A DNA stretch of 38,847 nt from Candidatus Levybacteria bacterium GW2011_GWA1_37_16. Lineage in GTDB: Bacteria > Patescibacteriota > Microgenomatia > Levybacterales > UBA12049. This document shows, one piece after another, positions 18,806 through 27,537 of this stretch (within the stretch, counting starts at the first letter, position 1; every line of letters starts with the position of its first letter). Below the pieces are notes generated by a model that was not told the origin of the DNA, did not search any database, and worked only from the letters and a program-made list of their open reading frames with translations. Where the stretch lies: the NCBI GenBank assembly GCA_943354875.1, contig CALRDJ010000003.1:1-38847 (forward strand), given 5' to 3'. A program made the translations under genes and the position numbers.

Positions 18806-19479
18806 TACCTCGTCCCTCCTATAATTGCGGTATTTGTAGAAGCGCTTATTTGGTTGGATCCTAGAGGGTTATATACGTCATACAGGACTCGTGCTAAATC
18901 TTCTTTTTCTAGTACTTTTGCTCGCAAGCCAAGTCTTCCCAGCTGATTGAGTATTCCGTCAGCCTTCGTATGAAGAACAGTCTTAGCGCTCTCCATTTGG
19001 CTCGATCCGGAAGATTTTTTTACTGATGCCTGAACATTTGCCAATCCTTTTTCCAGCGGTGAGTAGGGAACTACGATATAAAAACTCTTATCCAGTACGG
19101 TGTTTACTTTTACGAGTTCTTGTACGAAATCACGGTAAAGTTTTATTTGTGCTATGAGAAGGCCATTTTGTACTTCGTTTAGCCCTGGATGCAGGAGTTG
19201 TGGGTTATTTATTTGATGCGTCAAATTATTTACATATGATGAGATATCTATTTTTTTATTTCGGATAACGAGCTGAATAGAAAAAGAGAGTGAATTGAGA
19301 AAGCTGGCATACCCATAGATTTTCGCATCTTGCTCATCTCGCGATAGGAGCGCGAAGTTAGTAGCTTGGACTTCGATGATAAGACAGCCATTCCCGTTTT
19401 TTAGCAGTACGACGTTTTCTGAGATGTCAGCAATTTCGGTGAACTTCTGTGTGGATCCTGATTTAGTTTTGTTTGGCAT
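18805..19479 (-). CDS. T4SS-associated protein (resembles the N-terminal region of VirB4/TraC)
   Basis: STQKF, NFALLSRDEQDAKIYGYASFLNSLSFSIQ, FYIVVPY; lies between prgI and virB4 with a TAATG overlap. Confidence 0.65.
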   Translation of the reverse strand: MPNKTKSGSTQKFTEIADISENVVLLKNGNGCLIIEVQATNFALLSRDEQDAKIYGYASFLNSLSFSIQLVIRNKKIDISSYVNNLTHQINNPQLLHPGLNEVQNGLLIAQIKLYRDFVQELVKVNTVLDKSFYIVVPYSPLEKGLANVQASVKKSSGSSQMESAKTVLHTKADGILNQLGRLGLRAKVLEKEDLARVLYDVYNPLGSNQISASTNTAIIGGTR

Positions 19480-19481
19480 GC

Positions 19482-20681
19482 TTAGGCACCGAATAAGTCC
19501 TTTCTGAGATCTTCACGCGCATCTGTTGAGATAATCTCAATGGGTTGGATAGGTTCTCCGACTGCATCTATTTGGATGAGATCAAATTTTTGTTTTCCAC
19601 CTGGATCCTCAAAAGCGAGTGTGTATGTTCCGTTCAGTAGTGAGGTGGCTGCGGCGAACTGGCCGAGCTGGTTGGTTTTAAATGCTCTGACTGGATTTCC
19701 TTCTTGGTCCTGCACTTCTACGAGAATATTTGGCAAAATATTTCCTCGGGAATCCTTTATGATTCCGACGAGTAGATTCGGTGCTTCAGGGGCAGTAGGG
19801 AGTCCGATTCGTACGCCCATTTCTTTCGTAATTTTCCGTACGTTTTGAGAAGGCGCTGGCGTATTTACTCCCTCAGAGGGAGTAAATACTGGTTGGGATT
19901 GACTGAGTTTTTTCGTCATAGACATAAGCTGTTTTTCCAGCTCTGCTTTTTGGGCCATAATCTCTTGGAGTTGTTTTTCAAGCGCTTGGGACTGTTCATG
20001 TGCCACCTCTGCTGTTTTTTGGTCAGTGACCTGTTCTGCAGCTTGGGCGTTTTGAAGCGCTTCAGCTACTTCGAGTGCCCGTTCTTCTAGAACTTTCTCT
20101 TCCTGTGGTACAGAAGGAGGAGGCGTGGCGGGCTGAGGTGCGATAACTACGGGTGTGGGCGCTATTACTATGGGAGCCGGTGCTTCTACGACTGGTTGCT
20201 CGGGTTGTAGTCGTGGGGCAGATAGATTCGTTACGTTTTGAAAAAACTTGAGTTCTTTTTCATCGAGTTTGTTTTGGGTCCTCGGTGTTTTCATTTTTGC
20301 TAAAATATCATCTATCGAGGTCAACTGAGTTTGTCCAGTCGAGTATGTCGAAGTAGATACGGGTGCAGGTATTTGGAAAATCGCTACTTCCCCGCCAATT
20401 TTTTCATAGAGATATCGCTCAGGAACGAATAGCGCTTTTATGAAATTTATAAGCATTATGTCCAGAGGTCTTCCCTCCACAGGCAGAAAGGCGAGTCCAG
20501 CTCCGAGACCCGCCGAAAAAATCATAAAAGGGAGTTTTATGAAAAGAGGGAGGGGAGATGAGAGGAAAAGCCAGGCGATGATGATGCCACCAGCCACATA
20601 TGCGAACTGCTTTATGGTCATATCGCCAATAAGCTTAAACTGGAACCCCGTTATGTCTTGTGGGATAGGATGGTTTTCCAT
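19482..20681 (-). CDS. PrgI-family protein with coiled coil and C-terminal beta-sandwich domain
   Basis: HPIPQDITGFQFKLIGDMTIKQF, two TM segments and GRPLD; Pro-rich linker; C-terminal GIIKDSRGNILPNILVEV...KTNQLGQF. Confidence 0.8.
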   Translation of the reverse strand: MENHPIPQDITGFQFKLIGDMTIKQFAYVAGGIIIAWLFLSSPLPLFIKLPFMIFSAGLGAGLAFLPVEGRPLDIMLINFIKALFVPERYLYEKIGGEVAIFQIPAPVSTSTYSTGQTQLTSIDDILAKMKTPRTQNKLDEKELKFFQNVTNLSAPRLQPEQPVVEAPAPIVIAPTPVVIAPQPATPPPSVPQEEKVLEERALEVAEALQNAQAAEQVTDQKTAEVAHEQSQALEKQLQEIMAQKAELEKQLMSMTKKLSQSQPVFTPSEGVNTPAPSQNVRKITKEMGVRIGLPTAPEAPNLLVGIIKDSRGNILPNILVEVQDQEGNPVRAFKTNQLGQFAAATSLLNGTYTLAFEDPGGKQKFDLIQIDAVGEPIQPIEIISTDAREDLRKDLFGA

Positions 20682-20688
20682 AGGCAGT

Positions 20689-20753
20689 TAGTCAGCATCT
20701 GAGTAATGCTAACTATGTGTAAGTAGCGTATAACGTGAAAATAATGTTTTCAA
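20689..20753 (-). promoter_or_regulatory. prgI-virB4 operon promoter and 5'UTR hairpin
   Basis: Minus strand TTGAAA (20753-20748), 17 nt, TACGCT (20730-20725); 10-bp stem 20689-20698/20706-20715 just before the ATG. Confidence 0.55.
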
Positions 20754-20784
20754 GATTATCAAACTGGGTCAAAAAATGAGGAAA

Positions 20785-20895
20785 TTAGCCTGCCCCGTGA
20801 AAAATCGCTCTTTAAGCCGTACTACGAATAGTAGATCCGCTCGAAGAAACTATTTGAGCGGATAAGGCGAGAAGCAAGATGAATGGGGAGGCTGG
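20785..20895 (+). ncRNA. unknown structured three-way-junction element, copy 1
   Basis: Homologous to 26634-26741; shared AATCGCTCTT, AGCCG, CTACGAATAGTAG, AAGGCGA, AAGATG; compensatory stem changes. Whether it acts as RNA or ssDNA is unknown. Confidence 0.55.
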
Positions 20896-20903
20896 CGTGA
20901 AAA

Positions 20904-21275
20904 TTAATTACGAGGTTTCTTTTTCGATGCTCTTATTTCTTTAATAATCAGCTCCATAGCTTTTCGTGCTATGCCTAGGTCTACTGATTCAGACTGTTTG
21001 ACGGCTACACCTTGCATTTCTTTCTCTATTTCTTGTTCGACTCGGAGATAAAATTCTTTATCAAGCTTCTCTTTTCCTTCACCAGCTTTTACCATGGCTT
21101 CCTGTGTTTTTTCCTCTAGAGCACCCTTATAGATAGCAAAGTAGGTGTCCCAGAGTATCTGCTGAATCACGAGTTTTTGATCATCATCCAGTTGCTCAAA
21201 GAGATCGAGTAGGTCTGTTTTAAATCCTTCTTCGAAAGGAAGGATTTTTATAATGCTTCTGGTCGTTAGTGTCAT
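20904..21275 (-). CDS. hypothetical acidic helical protein
   Basis: 123-aa ORF, ATGA-coupled to the upstream 842-aa gene. Confidence 0.75.
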   Translation of the reverse strand: MTLTTRSIIKILPFEEGFKTDLLDLFEQLDDDQKLVIQQILWDTYFAIYKGALEEKTQEAMVKAGEGKEKLDKEFYLRVEQEIEKEMQGVAVKQSESVDLGIARKAMELIIKEIRASKKKPRN

Positions 21276-23800
21276 AATGCGTTCACCTCGTTCGCTAGTT
21301 GATTAATCATATCTCGAAAACCCGTATAGAGCTGGGGGTAGGAAATATTGCGTGTAACAGCTATGTGTCCATTTATCTGGTCGAGTGCATCCTTCATGGT
21401 GAATGGTGCTGTTAGGCCTAAATTAAACGCGTTATGCATGCGCTCAGCTAGCTGTTCTGGAGGGAATACCTTATGGAGTTTCTGGAATTCCGCTCCGCGA
21501 TTTGGCGTGTCCTGGTAGTTGAATAGTAGGTTTAGTGTTTCGTAATAACCTCTTGGTGCGTTGACTGTTCGTTCTTGTTCGGAGTAGGTATTGTTTGTCG
21601 CTCCTATATCGACAGAATCGGTAAAAGTAGCTATAGAGTCTGGTATCTGTACCGCTTTTGTAAATATTTCTCCTTGGCGAGTGGGGTTTAGGAGTCTATC
21701 GGTTAACTCTATTATTCCTTTTGTGTTCTCCGTGGTTTCATCTGCGGATTTCACGATTTTATTCTGTACCTCTATCTGCTGGTCAAGATCTTTGATTTGT
21801 ACATCGAGCGATGTCTGATATCGGATGCGGAGTTTTTTACGAGCCTCTGTCTGGGCATGTTGTAAGGCCTCCAGGTTGCTTGTTGTAAACGCAGGATCTG
21901 TGCTCCATCTGTAGGGTGGATTGTGTAGTAGATTTGTGAGCTGTGCATCGGACATAGTGAATAGGTCGTTTGCATTAAGCGTTCCGCCGCCGACAGCAGG
22001 ATTTACGATCTGGTTATACACGTCCACTTGGACTACTGGGCTAATATCATATATTTCAATCTGTCGTGCCTCATGCTCGGATTTAGCGCGAAGAATTGTT
22101 TTGCGAAGCTCTGCTTTCTCTTCAGGCGTGGTGTTGCTTATGCTATATGGTGGATTTGTGGCTAGTACGACGAGCTCGTCAAATGTCTTACTCCCTAGTT
22201 CAGCAGGGGTAATGGTGGGAGCGCCCCCTGCAGGAGCGACAAGATCGTCATATGCCTTCTGAGTTTCGCTTAGTTCTTTTGGTAGATTTTCTAAGGTTGC
22301 ACTTTCTGTCTCCTGTTGAGTTTTTATAGCTTCTTGAGACGCGTCTTTTAGCTCCGTTAGTTTCTGTATTCTATCATCTCTATCCTTTATTTCTTTAGAG
22401 AGTTGGTCTTTTTCTGGATGCTGTAAATTAGCTCGTTCTGTCGCTATAGCTTTTACATCTGCATTGTCAACAGAGCCTGTCGTAGTCCCAAGTGCAGCTG
22501 CTCTCCTTCTCGATACGTCTTCAAACTCTGTTTTGTATACATCCAGCCAGTTTCTTCTTGCCTCTGTGTGCTGCTTGCTTAGGCTGTCTCCTCCATTATA
22601 AGCGGTGTTGAGTTCATCTTTTAACCTAGTAATCTCCGTATCTATGGTTGTTGGGATATCTGTAATAATGGTGAGTTTAAATTCTTCTCGGAGCGTTCTC
22701 TCAATTTTTTTAGGGGCCTCCTGTGTAGTGGCGAACACTTTTAGTGGGGTTTTTTTACCCGCTGTTTCTGTCTTGGTAGTATCTAAGGCCTCAATTTTCT
22801 TTCTAGCTTCTTTGGCTCGGTTTCCTGCGGCAGTGTTTGTCTCCTGACCATCTTTTTTAGTCGCAATTGAGCTCCTGATAGCCTTTACTGATTCTAGGCC
22901 AATGCCATCTCTTGAGGGATCGCCTTTCATCAGTACACCTATGGATTCTACCGCTTTTTTCACATATACGTCCTGTTCTGCTTTGCGAAATCTTCGGAGA
23001 TTGCCTATTGTGTCAAGATTATCGTAGTCAGGCGTTGCTCCAGGCATGGCCAATCCTAGTGGGCCGACGCAGAAAAGGGGACTGTCAGCTGTATTATTCC
23101 AAATATCTCTCACGCCACTTCTGTTGGCATCAAATTGGTCTATTATGGTTTTTTCCCACCGAGCTTCAGATTGCTGAAAACCAGTTGTAGTAAGTGTATT
23201 TCGCAGAATTACATCTGCTGGTGTTGACTCAAGGCTTTTCAGAGGCAGGCCGATATCTGCATAAAGACTACGGAGCGCAGTGATTCCTTGTCGTATCTCA
23301 TCTCGTACGGTGTTTGCATTTCGAGTCGTTTCTACGGCTATTCTTCCTGGTATTTTCTCAATGAGATTCGTAGTTGGGTTTACTTGTAGGCTATCGAGAT
23401 CCATGCCTGTCATGGCTTGAAAGTATTCTTTTTCTGCGGGATTTGCTTTCATGGCAGTGAAGAGTTCAGGTCTGAGAGTTATGGATAGTTCTGTGCCACG
23501 TCTGTGGAAGGACTGGACTGCTCGGTGCACGCCATATCCAGCCGCTCCTACTACTGCTGCAATTCCCCCTGCCATAGCACCACCTGCTGGCGATTGAGTC
23601 GCGATGGCGTTAAGCCCTCCTAGGGTAGGAGGAGCCATGATGGCACCAGCTGTGGTGACGATTCGTCTGAGATTGGGCTGTAGGGTGTCGTACCAGAAGG
23701 CACGTACTGTGCCACGATCGCTACCATGAACGACTACTCCCTGAGCTGCGATAACTCGGGGCTCCTGAGGGTCGATTTGTGTCTTAAGACCTAACCCCAT
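21272..23800 (-). CDS. large hypothetical protein (Gly/Ala-rich hydrophobic segment, coiled coils, internal NPPY repeat)
   Basis: 842-aa ORF; may be the 3' part of a gene split from 23791-24204. Confidence 0.75.
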   Translation of the reverse strand: MGLGLKTQIDPQEPRVIAAQGVVVHGSDRGTVRAFWYDTLQPNLRRIVTTAGAIMAPPTLGGLNAIATQSPAGGAMAGGIAAVVGAAGYGVHRAVQSFHRRGTELSITLRPELFTAMKANPAEKEYFQAMTGMDLDSLQVNPTTNLIEKIPGRIAVETTRNANTVRDEIRQGITALRSLYADIGLPLKSLESTPADVILRNTLTTTGFQQSEARWEKTIIDQFDANRSGVRDIWNNTADSPLFCVGPLGLAMPGATPDYDNLDTIGNLRRFRKAEQDVYVKKAVESIGVLMKGDPSRDGIGLESVKAIRSSIATKKDGQETNTAAGNRAKEARKKIEALDTTKTETAGKKTPLKVFATTQEAPKKIERTLREEFKLTIITDIPTTIDTEITRLKDELNTAYNGGDSLSKQHTEARRNWLDVYKTEFEDVSRRRAAALGTTTGSVDNADVKAIATERANLQHPEKDQLSKEIKDRDDRIQKLTELKDASQEAIKTQQETESATLENLPKELSETQKAYDDLVAPAGGAPTITPAELGSKTFDELVVLATNPPYSISNTTPEEKAELRKTILRAKSEHEARQIEIYDISPVVQVDVYNQIVNPAVGGGTLNANDLFTMSDAQLTNLLHNPPYRWSTDPAFTTSNLEALQHAQTEARKKLRIRYQTSLDVQIKDLDQQIEVQNKIVKSADETTENTKGIIELTDRLLNPTRQGEIFTKAVQIPDSIATFTDSVDIGATNNTYSEQERTVNAPRGYYETLNLLFNYQDTPNRGAEFQKLHKVFPPEQLAERMHNAFNLGLTAPFTMKDALDQINGHIAVTRNISYPQLYTGFRDMINQLANEVNAL

Positions 23801-24204
23801 GCCTGATCGTTGTCGAAGTATTTTTCTATTTTTCCCGCATCCGGCTTTCCATCCGTAGTCAATGCATCGTAGAGCATTAAATCCACTCTGGCGTTTTCAT
23901 TGCCTCTAAGTCTTGGTAATACTTGTGAGACCTGTGTCAGATAATCTTCTAGAAAGTGGGTGATTTTATTCTCAGTCTCTTTACTAATAGTTACTTTTTT
24001 CGGCTGAGATTCTGTTTCTCTGTTTCCGACTATATCGGTACCGGTATCAATTCCCAGCTTGAAATCACGTTCATTAAATGTGCGCTTCGCATCGCGTGCT
24101 TTAGCTTCCTCGTTCGCTTTTGTTTGAAGGGCTACGTTCGGTGCGGGCGCGATTCTTCTTTGTTGAATCCTTTGTGCGAGAACATCGGGCGACTGAATAG
24201 CCAT
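23791..24204 (-). CDS. hypothetical protein
   Basis: 137-aa ORF overlapping the next ORF by 10 nt; divergent from 24257. Confidence 0.65.
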   Translation of the reverse strand: MAIQSPDVLAQRIQQRRIAPAPNVALQTKANEEAKARDAKRTFNERDFKLGIDTGTDIVGNRETESQPKKVTISKETENKITHFLEDYLTQVSQVLPRLRGNENARVDLMLYDALTTDGKPDAGKIEKYFDNDQAWG

Positions 24205-24256
24205 ATAAGAAAATAGTAGTTGATGTAGGTTTTTATTTCAAGTATGCTCATTATAT

Positions 24257-25780
24257 ATGGGACCAGAAGGATCAGTAGCGCCACCACCAGAAGCGCGACC
24301 AAAGGCTCCACGACGACCAAAACCAGTATCTCCTGTAAAGCCTGCTGAAGCAGGTGTTTCTTCTGTAGTGCAAACAGAACCTCAAGTATCATCAAAAATT
24401 ACAACAGAGGCTCGGGATTTGTTAAGTAAGCTTAGTCAGGAAGGCACTGTGCCTGCTTTTATAACAGCAAATTTTCAAAGAATATTACAAGAAAACGGAG
24501 TAGCCCAAGAGGATATTAACAAGATGAGGCCAGAAGAAGCGGCAGATTGGTTGAGAAACAAAGCAAAAGCAGAAGATGAACAACCAGAATCTGGTACGCC
24601 CGCTGAGCCAGCAGATGCTACGGAGCCGACAGATGCGTCCGTGGAGAAACCTGTTGATAATAGACAGCGCTTGGAAGATCTCCGGGGAGCAAGTGATGTG
24701 GCATTGACCACAAGAGTTAGAGCGCTAAATAGCGAGTTGGGGAGAATGACTGATGAAGAATACAGAAGCGCAGTAGATGAAAATCGAGGCATAAATGTGC
24801 TTTTGACCTTAGATGATATTCGAAACGGAAAAGAGATTCAGGGAAAACTGGAGGGAGTGAAAACTGCTGAAGGCGTAGTAGTTGTCACGAATATTGCGAG
24901 CGGAGAAGAGAGCAGTGCGGTTTGTGTGATTGAGGGAAGAGCTGAGACGATGTCTATTTCTCGAGGTGCACTGGTAGATGCGCAGTTGCTTTCAGAGGCA
25001 GATGCCATGCGATCACAATTCCCAGATCCAACTAGTCCCGAGAGGATTGTGTTAGAGGCCAGAATTTCAGTCCTGCAGAATGGAGAAGAAGGTTTGCCGA
25101 CGGGAGATACGCCTATCGGAGCTGCTGTGGATGCAGCAGTAGGAAAAGTATTCGATGCAGAGTCGGCGGTGGGTATGGAGGCAGGGCTTTTGGAGTACCA
25201 TGCTGGAGCGTTAGAGCAGAAAATTCAGCAACTCCAAAAAGAAAAAAAGCCGAGAAGTATCGAGGACGAGCGACTTTTAGCGCTTTTGCGTTTAGGGCAG
25301 CTAGCGAGGGGAGAAGGGGCAGTATTTGTGCGTTCTCGAGCGATAACGATGTTAAGAGAGCGAAAAGTTGAAATACCTGAGCCTGTAGTTGCGGCATTGA
25401 ATAAGCAGTTGGGTGAAGCAAGGCCCGCGCTGGACACTCTTCTTAGATCGCTTAAGCTCAAGGATGGCGGAAAGCTTACCGATGAACAGATAGGTAAATT
25501 TAAGGATATTGTTAATCGTATTGGAATTGATCATATGCTTGCTACGGGAGGACTTGAGCCATTATTGGGTGAGGGTGGCGTAGCGCAGGTGGGTGAATTT
25601 ATTTTTGGCGATACACCAGATTCAGATATAAATGCGCAGTTAGGGAATTTATTAGCAGACAAAACATTGCTTGAAAAATATGGTGGAAAAGCGAAAAAGG
25701 GAGGATTACTTTTTCTCGTTATGATTGCTTTAGCTTCAGGAATGGTTATAAAAGACGCTGCGAGTACTGGACGTCACTAA
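24257..25780 (+). CDS. hypothetical protein with C-terminal membrane anchor
   Basis: 507 aa; Pro/Glu-rich N-terminus; single hydrophobic tail GGLLFLVMIALASGMVI. Confidence 0.8.
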   Translation: MGPEGSVAPPPEARPKAPRRPKPVSPVKPAEAGVSSVVQTEPQVSSKITTEARDLLSKLSQEGTVPAFITANFQRILQENGVAQEDINKMRPEEAADWLRNKAKAEDEQPESGTPAEPADATEPTDASVEKPVDNRQRLEDLRGASDVALTTRVRALNSELGRMTDEEYRSAVDENRGINVLLTLDDIRNGKEIQGKLEGVKTAEGVVVVTNIASGEESSAVCVIEGRAETMSISRGALVDAQLLSEADAMRSQFPDPTSPERIVLEARISVLQNGEEGLPTGDTPIGAAVDAAVGKVFDAESAVGMEAGLLEYHAGALEQKIQQLQKEKKPRSIEDERLLALLRLGQLARGEGAVFVRSRAITMLRERKVEIPEPVVAALNKQLGEARPALDTLLRSLKLKDGGKLTDEQIGKFKDIVNRIGIDHMLATGGLEPLLGEGGVAQVGEFIFGDTPDSDINAQLGNLLADKTLLEKYGGKAKKGGLLFLVMIALASGMVIKDAASTGRH

Positions 25781-25781
25781 A

Positions 25782-26102
25782 CTATTTACAGTTATCAAAG
25801 CCGAATTGCTTTATGCAGTCAGTTCCCGTAAGTCCTGAGATGAAATTTACTATGAAAAACGATATAAGTATTATAACCAGTCCTATGACTGCGTAGGTGA
25901 GGGTGTTTCTAGCCGAGTCGGCTTGTTTCGGGTCTCCACCAGCAGAGATGTACTTATAGCCCGCGTAGAGTATCATGAACACTGCTACGATCCCAGAAAA
26001 TATTAATAGACCATTCACTACGTTTTGAAATACTGCGGGAATGCACTTCAGGGTGGCCACGCCATTTACTACACAGTCTTTTACTATAATATTCCAATCC
26101 AT
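25782..26102 (-). CDS. VirB2/TrbC-like T4SS pilin
   Basis: Two TM helices around GYKYISAGGDPKQADSARNTLTYAVIGL. Confidence 0.8.
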   Translation of the reverse strand: MDWNIIVKDCVVNGVATLKCIPAVFQNVVNGLLIFSGIVAVFMILYAGYKYISAGGDPKQADSARNTLTYAVIGLVIILISFFIVNFISGLTGTDCIKQFGFDNCK

Positions 26103-26157
26103 ATATTAAGCGTAGCAAAGAAAAAGAGGTAAGTAAAGGGAATTATGGTGAAACAAC

Positions 26158-26574
26158 CTAGTAACCAGGAGCACCAGGGCGAAGGACAGGGATTTGGAGG
26201 TCGGTTAAGCTGACTCCGAATATGCCTCCAATGAATTGGATGATAAAGAATGCGAGAAGAGCGATAACGAGCCCTACGATGGCTGCCACTATGTGATTTC
26301 GTGCTGCGTCCACTGCTGCTTTATCGCCACCTGAAGTAATCCATTTGATGCCCCCATAAATAAGGAAGAAAAGTGCTGCTACAACTGCTACGATAATGAG
26401 AATAGTAATAAGGCGTGATATGAGGCCACCTAACGAGCCAAAATTAAAAGTACAAAGTAGATTAGCAGTTCTTTGATCGCCTCCGCATAAATTAACCGTA
26501 CTCTGTGCAAATGCTGGAGCTGCATAGGAGAGATAAGAGAGAAATCCTGTGGTTATGCCGATAGCTTTTTTCAT
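26158..26574 (-). CDS. VirB2/TrbC-like T4SS pilin with signal peptide
   Basis: Signal peptide ending PAFA; GGIKWITSGGDKAAVDAARNHIVAAIVGL. Confidence 0.82.
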   Translation of the reverse strand: MKKAIGITTGFLSYLSYAAPAFAQSTVNLCGGDQRTANLLCTFNFGSLGGLISRLITILIIVAVVAALFFLIYGGIKWITSGGDKAAVDAARNHIVAAIVGLVIALLAFFIIQFIGGIFGVSLTDLQIPVLRPGAPGY

Positions 26575-26633
26575 TAATCTAATCTAATAACATTTCACTA
26601 TCCTTGTCAAGCCCCTATTCTCTTTGGGGCGTA

Positions 26634-26741
26634 GACCCCTCAACAATCGCTCTTCGAGCCGCGCTACGAATAGTAGGCCTGCCCGAAATGCTTCGCATAT
26701 CGAAGCGGGCGGGTAAGGCGAAAAGTAAGATGTGTGGGGTC
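26634..26741 (+). ncRNA. unknown structured three-way-junction element, copy 2
   Basis: Closed by GACCCC/GGGGTC; homologous to 20785-20895. Confidence 0.55.
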
Positions 26742-26757
26742 AAGGAGTAAATTCCCC

Positions 26758-27116
26758 TGTCATCCTGAACTTGTTTCAGGATCTCCCTTTCGTCATTGCG
26801 ATCCCGATCTAATCGGGAGAAGCAATCTCATTGTCATTCTGGAGTCCGCCGAAGGCGAGACGATAGAATCTCTTTCTCTCCTCGTTACTTTTTCCGAGGA
26901 AAAGTAACACAAAAACTCTTTTGCACTAAGCCTCCACCTAAAAATACTCCGTTCTCTTATCGGGGGATTGTCCTCCCCCTTCAGCAGTTCGCTGGATTCT
27001 CCCTGATAGCTCACTCCATATTTTTTTAACGGTGACTTCTTAAAGCAAAAGAAAGGGAGACCGCATATAGTTCTGCTATAGACACTGGGAGATCCTGAAA
27101 CAAGTTCAGGATGACA
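26758..27116. mobile_element. MITE/REP-like composite element with perfect 30-bp terminal inverted repeats
   Basis: TGTCATCCTGAACTTGTTTCAGGATCTCCC at 26758-26787 and its exact reverse complement at 27087-27116; further GTCAT...ATCTC palindromes at 26791-26829 and 26832-26872. Confidence 0.7.
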
Positions 27117-27157
27117 CCGATGACACCGATGACAACGAGGAGAGAGGAGAGGGATCG

Positions 27158-27505
27158 TTATGGGGTTCCTTGGGATAAGTCTACTCCAAACAATCCTCCT
27201 ATGAATTGGACGATAAAGAGCGCGAGAAGACCGATTATAAGTCCGATGATGCTGTAGGTGAGGCGATTGCGTGCTGTCTGGAGTGCTTGTTTATCTCCGC
27301 CTGATATAGTCCACTGAATACCACTGTAGATAAGAGAGAAAAGCGCTGCGATGATGACCACGATTATAAATACGGTAATACCGCGCTGGATGATGGCTTG
27401 GCCGGCTCCGCCAGCTTCAAGCCCGCCGGTGGGGATTCCTGTGGGAGCCTGAATGACTACAGGTGTTCCATTCGAACCCGGAATTGATAATGATAGTAAT
27501 CTCAT
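27158..27505 (-). CDS. VirB2/TrbC-like T4SS pilin
   Basis: GIQWTISGGDKQALQTARNRLTYSIIGL between two TM helices. Confidence 0.8.
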   Translation of the reverse strand: MRLLSLSIPGSNGTPVVIQAPTGIPTGGLEAGGAGQAIIQRGITVFIIVVIIAALFSLIYSGIQWTISGGDKQALQTARNRLTYSIIGLIIGLLALFIVQFIGGLFGVDLSQGTP

Positions 27506-27510
27506 CGTTT

Positions 27511-27537
27511 GAATTATGAATAAAGAATTATGAATTA
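27511..27537. repeat. 7-nt repeat array (GAATTAT type), 3' flank of four-helix-bundle gene 1
   Basis: GAATTAT GAATAAA GAATTAT GAATTA; overlaps the stop codon. Confidence 0.75.

Noticed and set aside
20785-20895. Hammerhead or HDV-like ribozyme, group II intron domain V, or a simple terminator
   Set aside because: No CUGANGA/GAAA core, no HDV nested pseudoknot found by eye, AGCCG lacks the domain V partner strand, and there is no U-tract; left as unknown.
26793-27029. Small ORFs 26793-27014 (-) and 26796-27029 (+)
   Set aside because: They lie wholly in palindromic repeat DNA and have no protein-like features.
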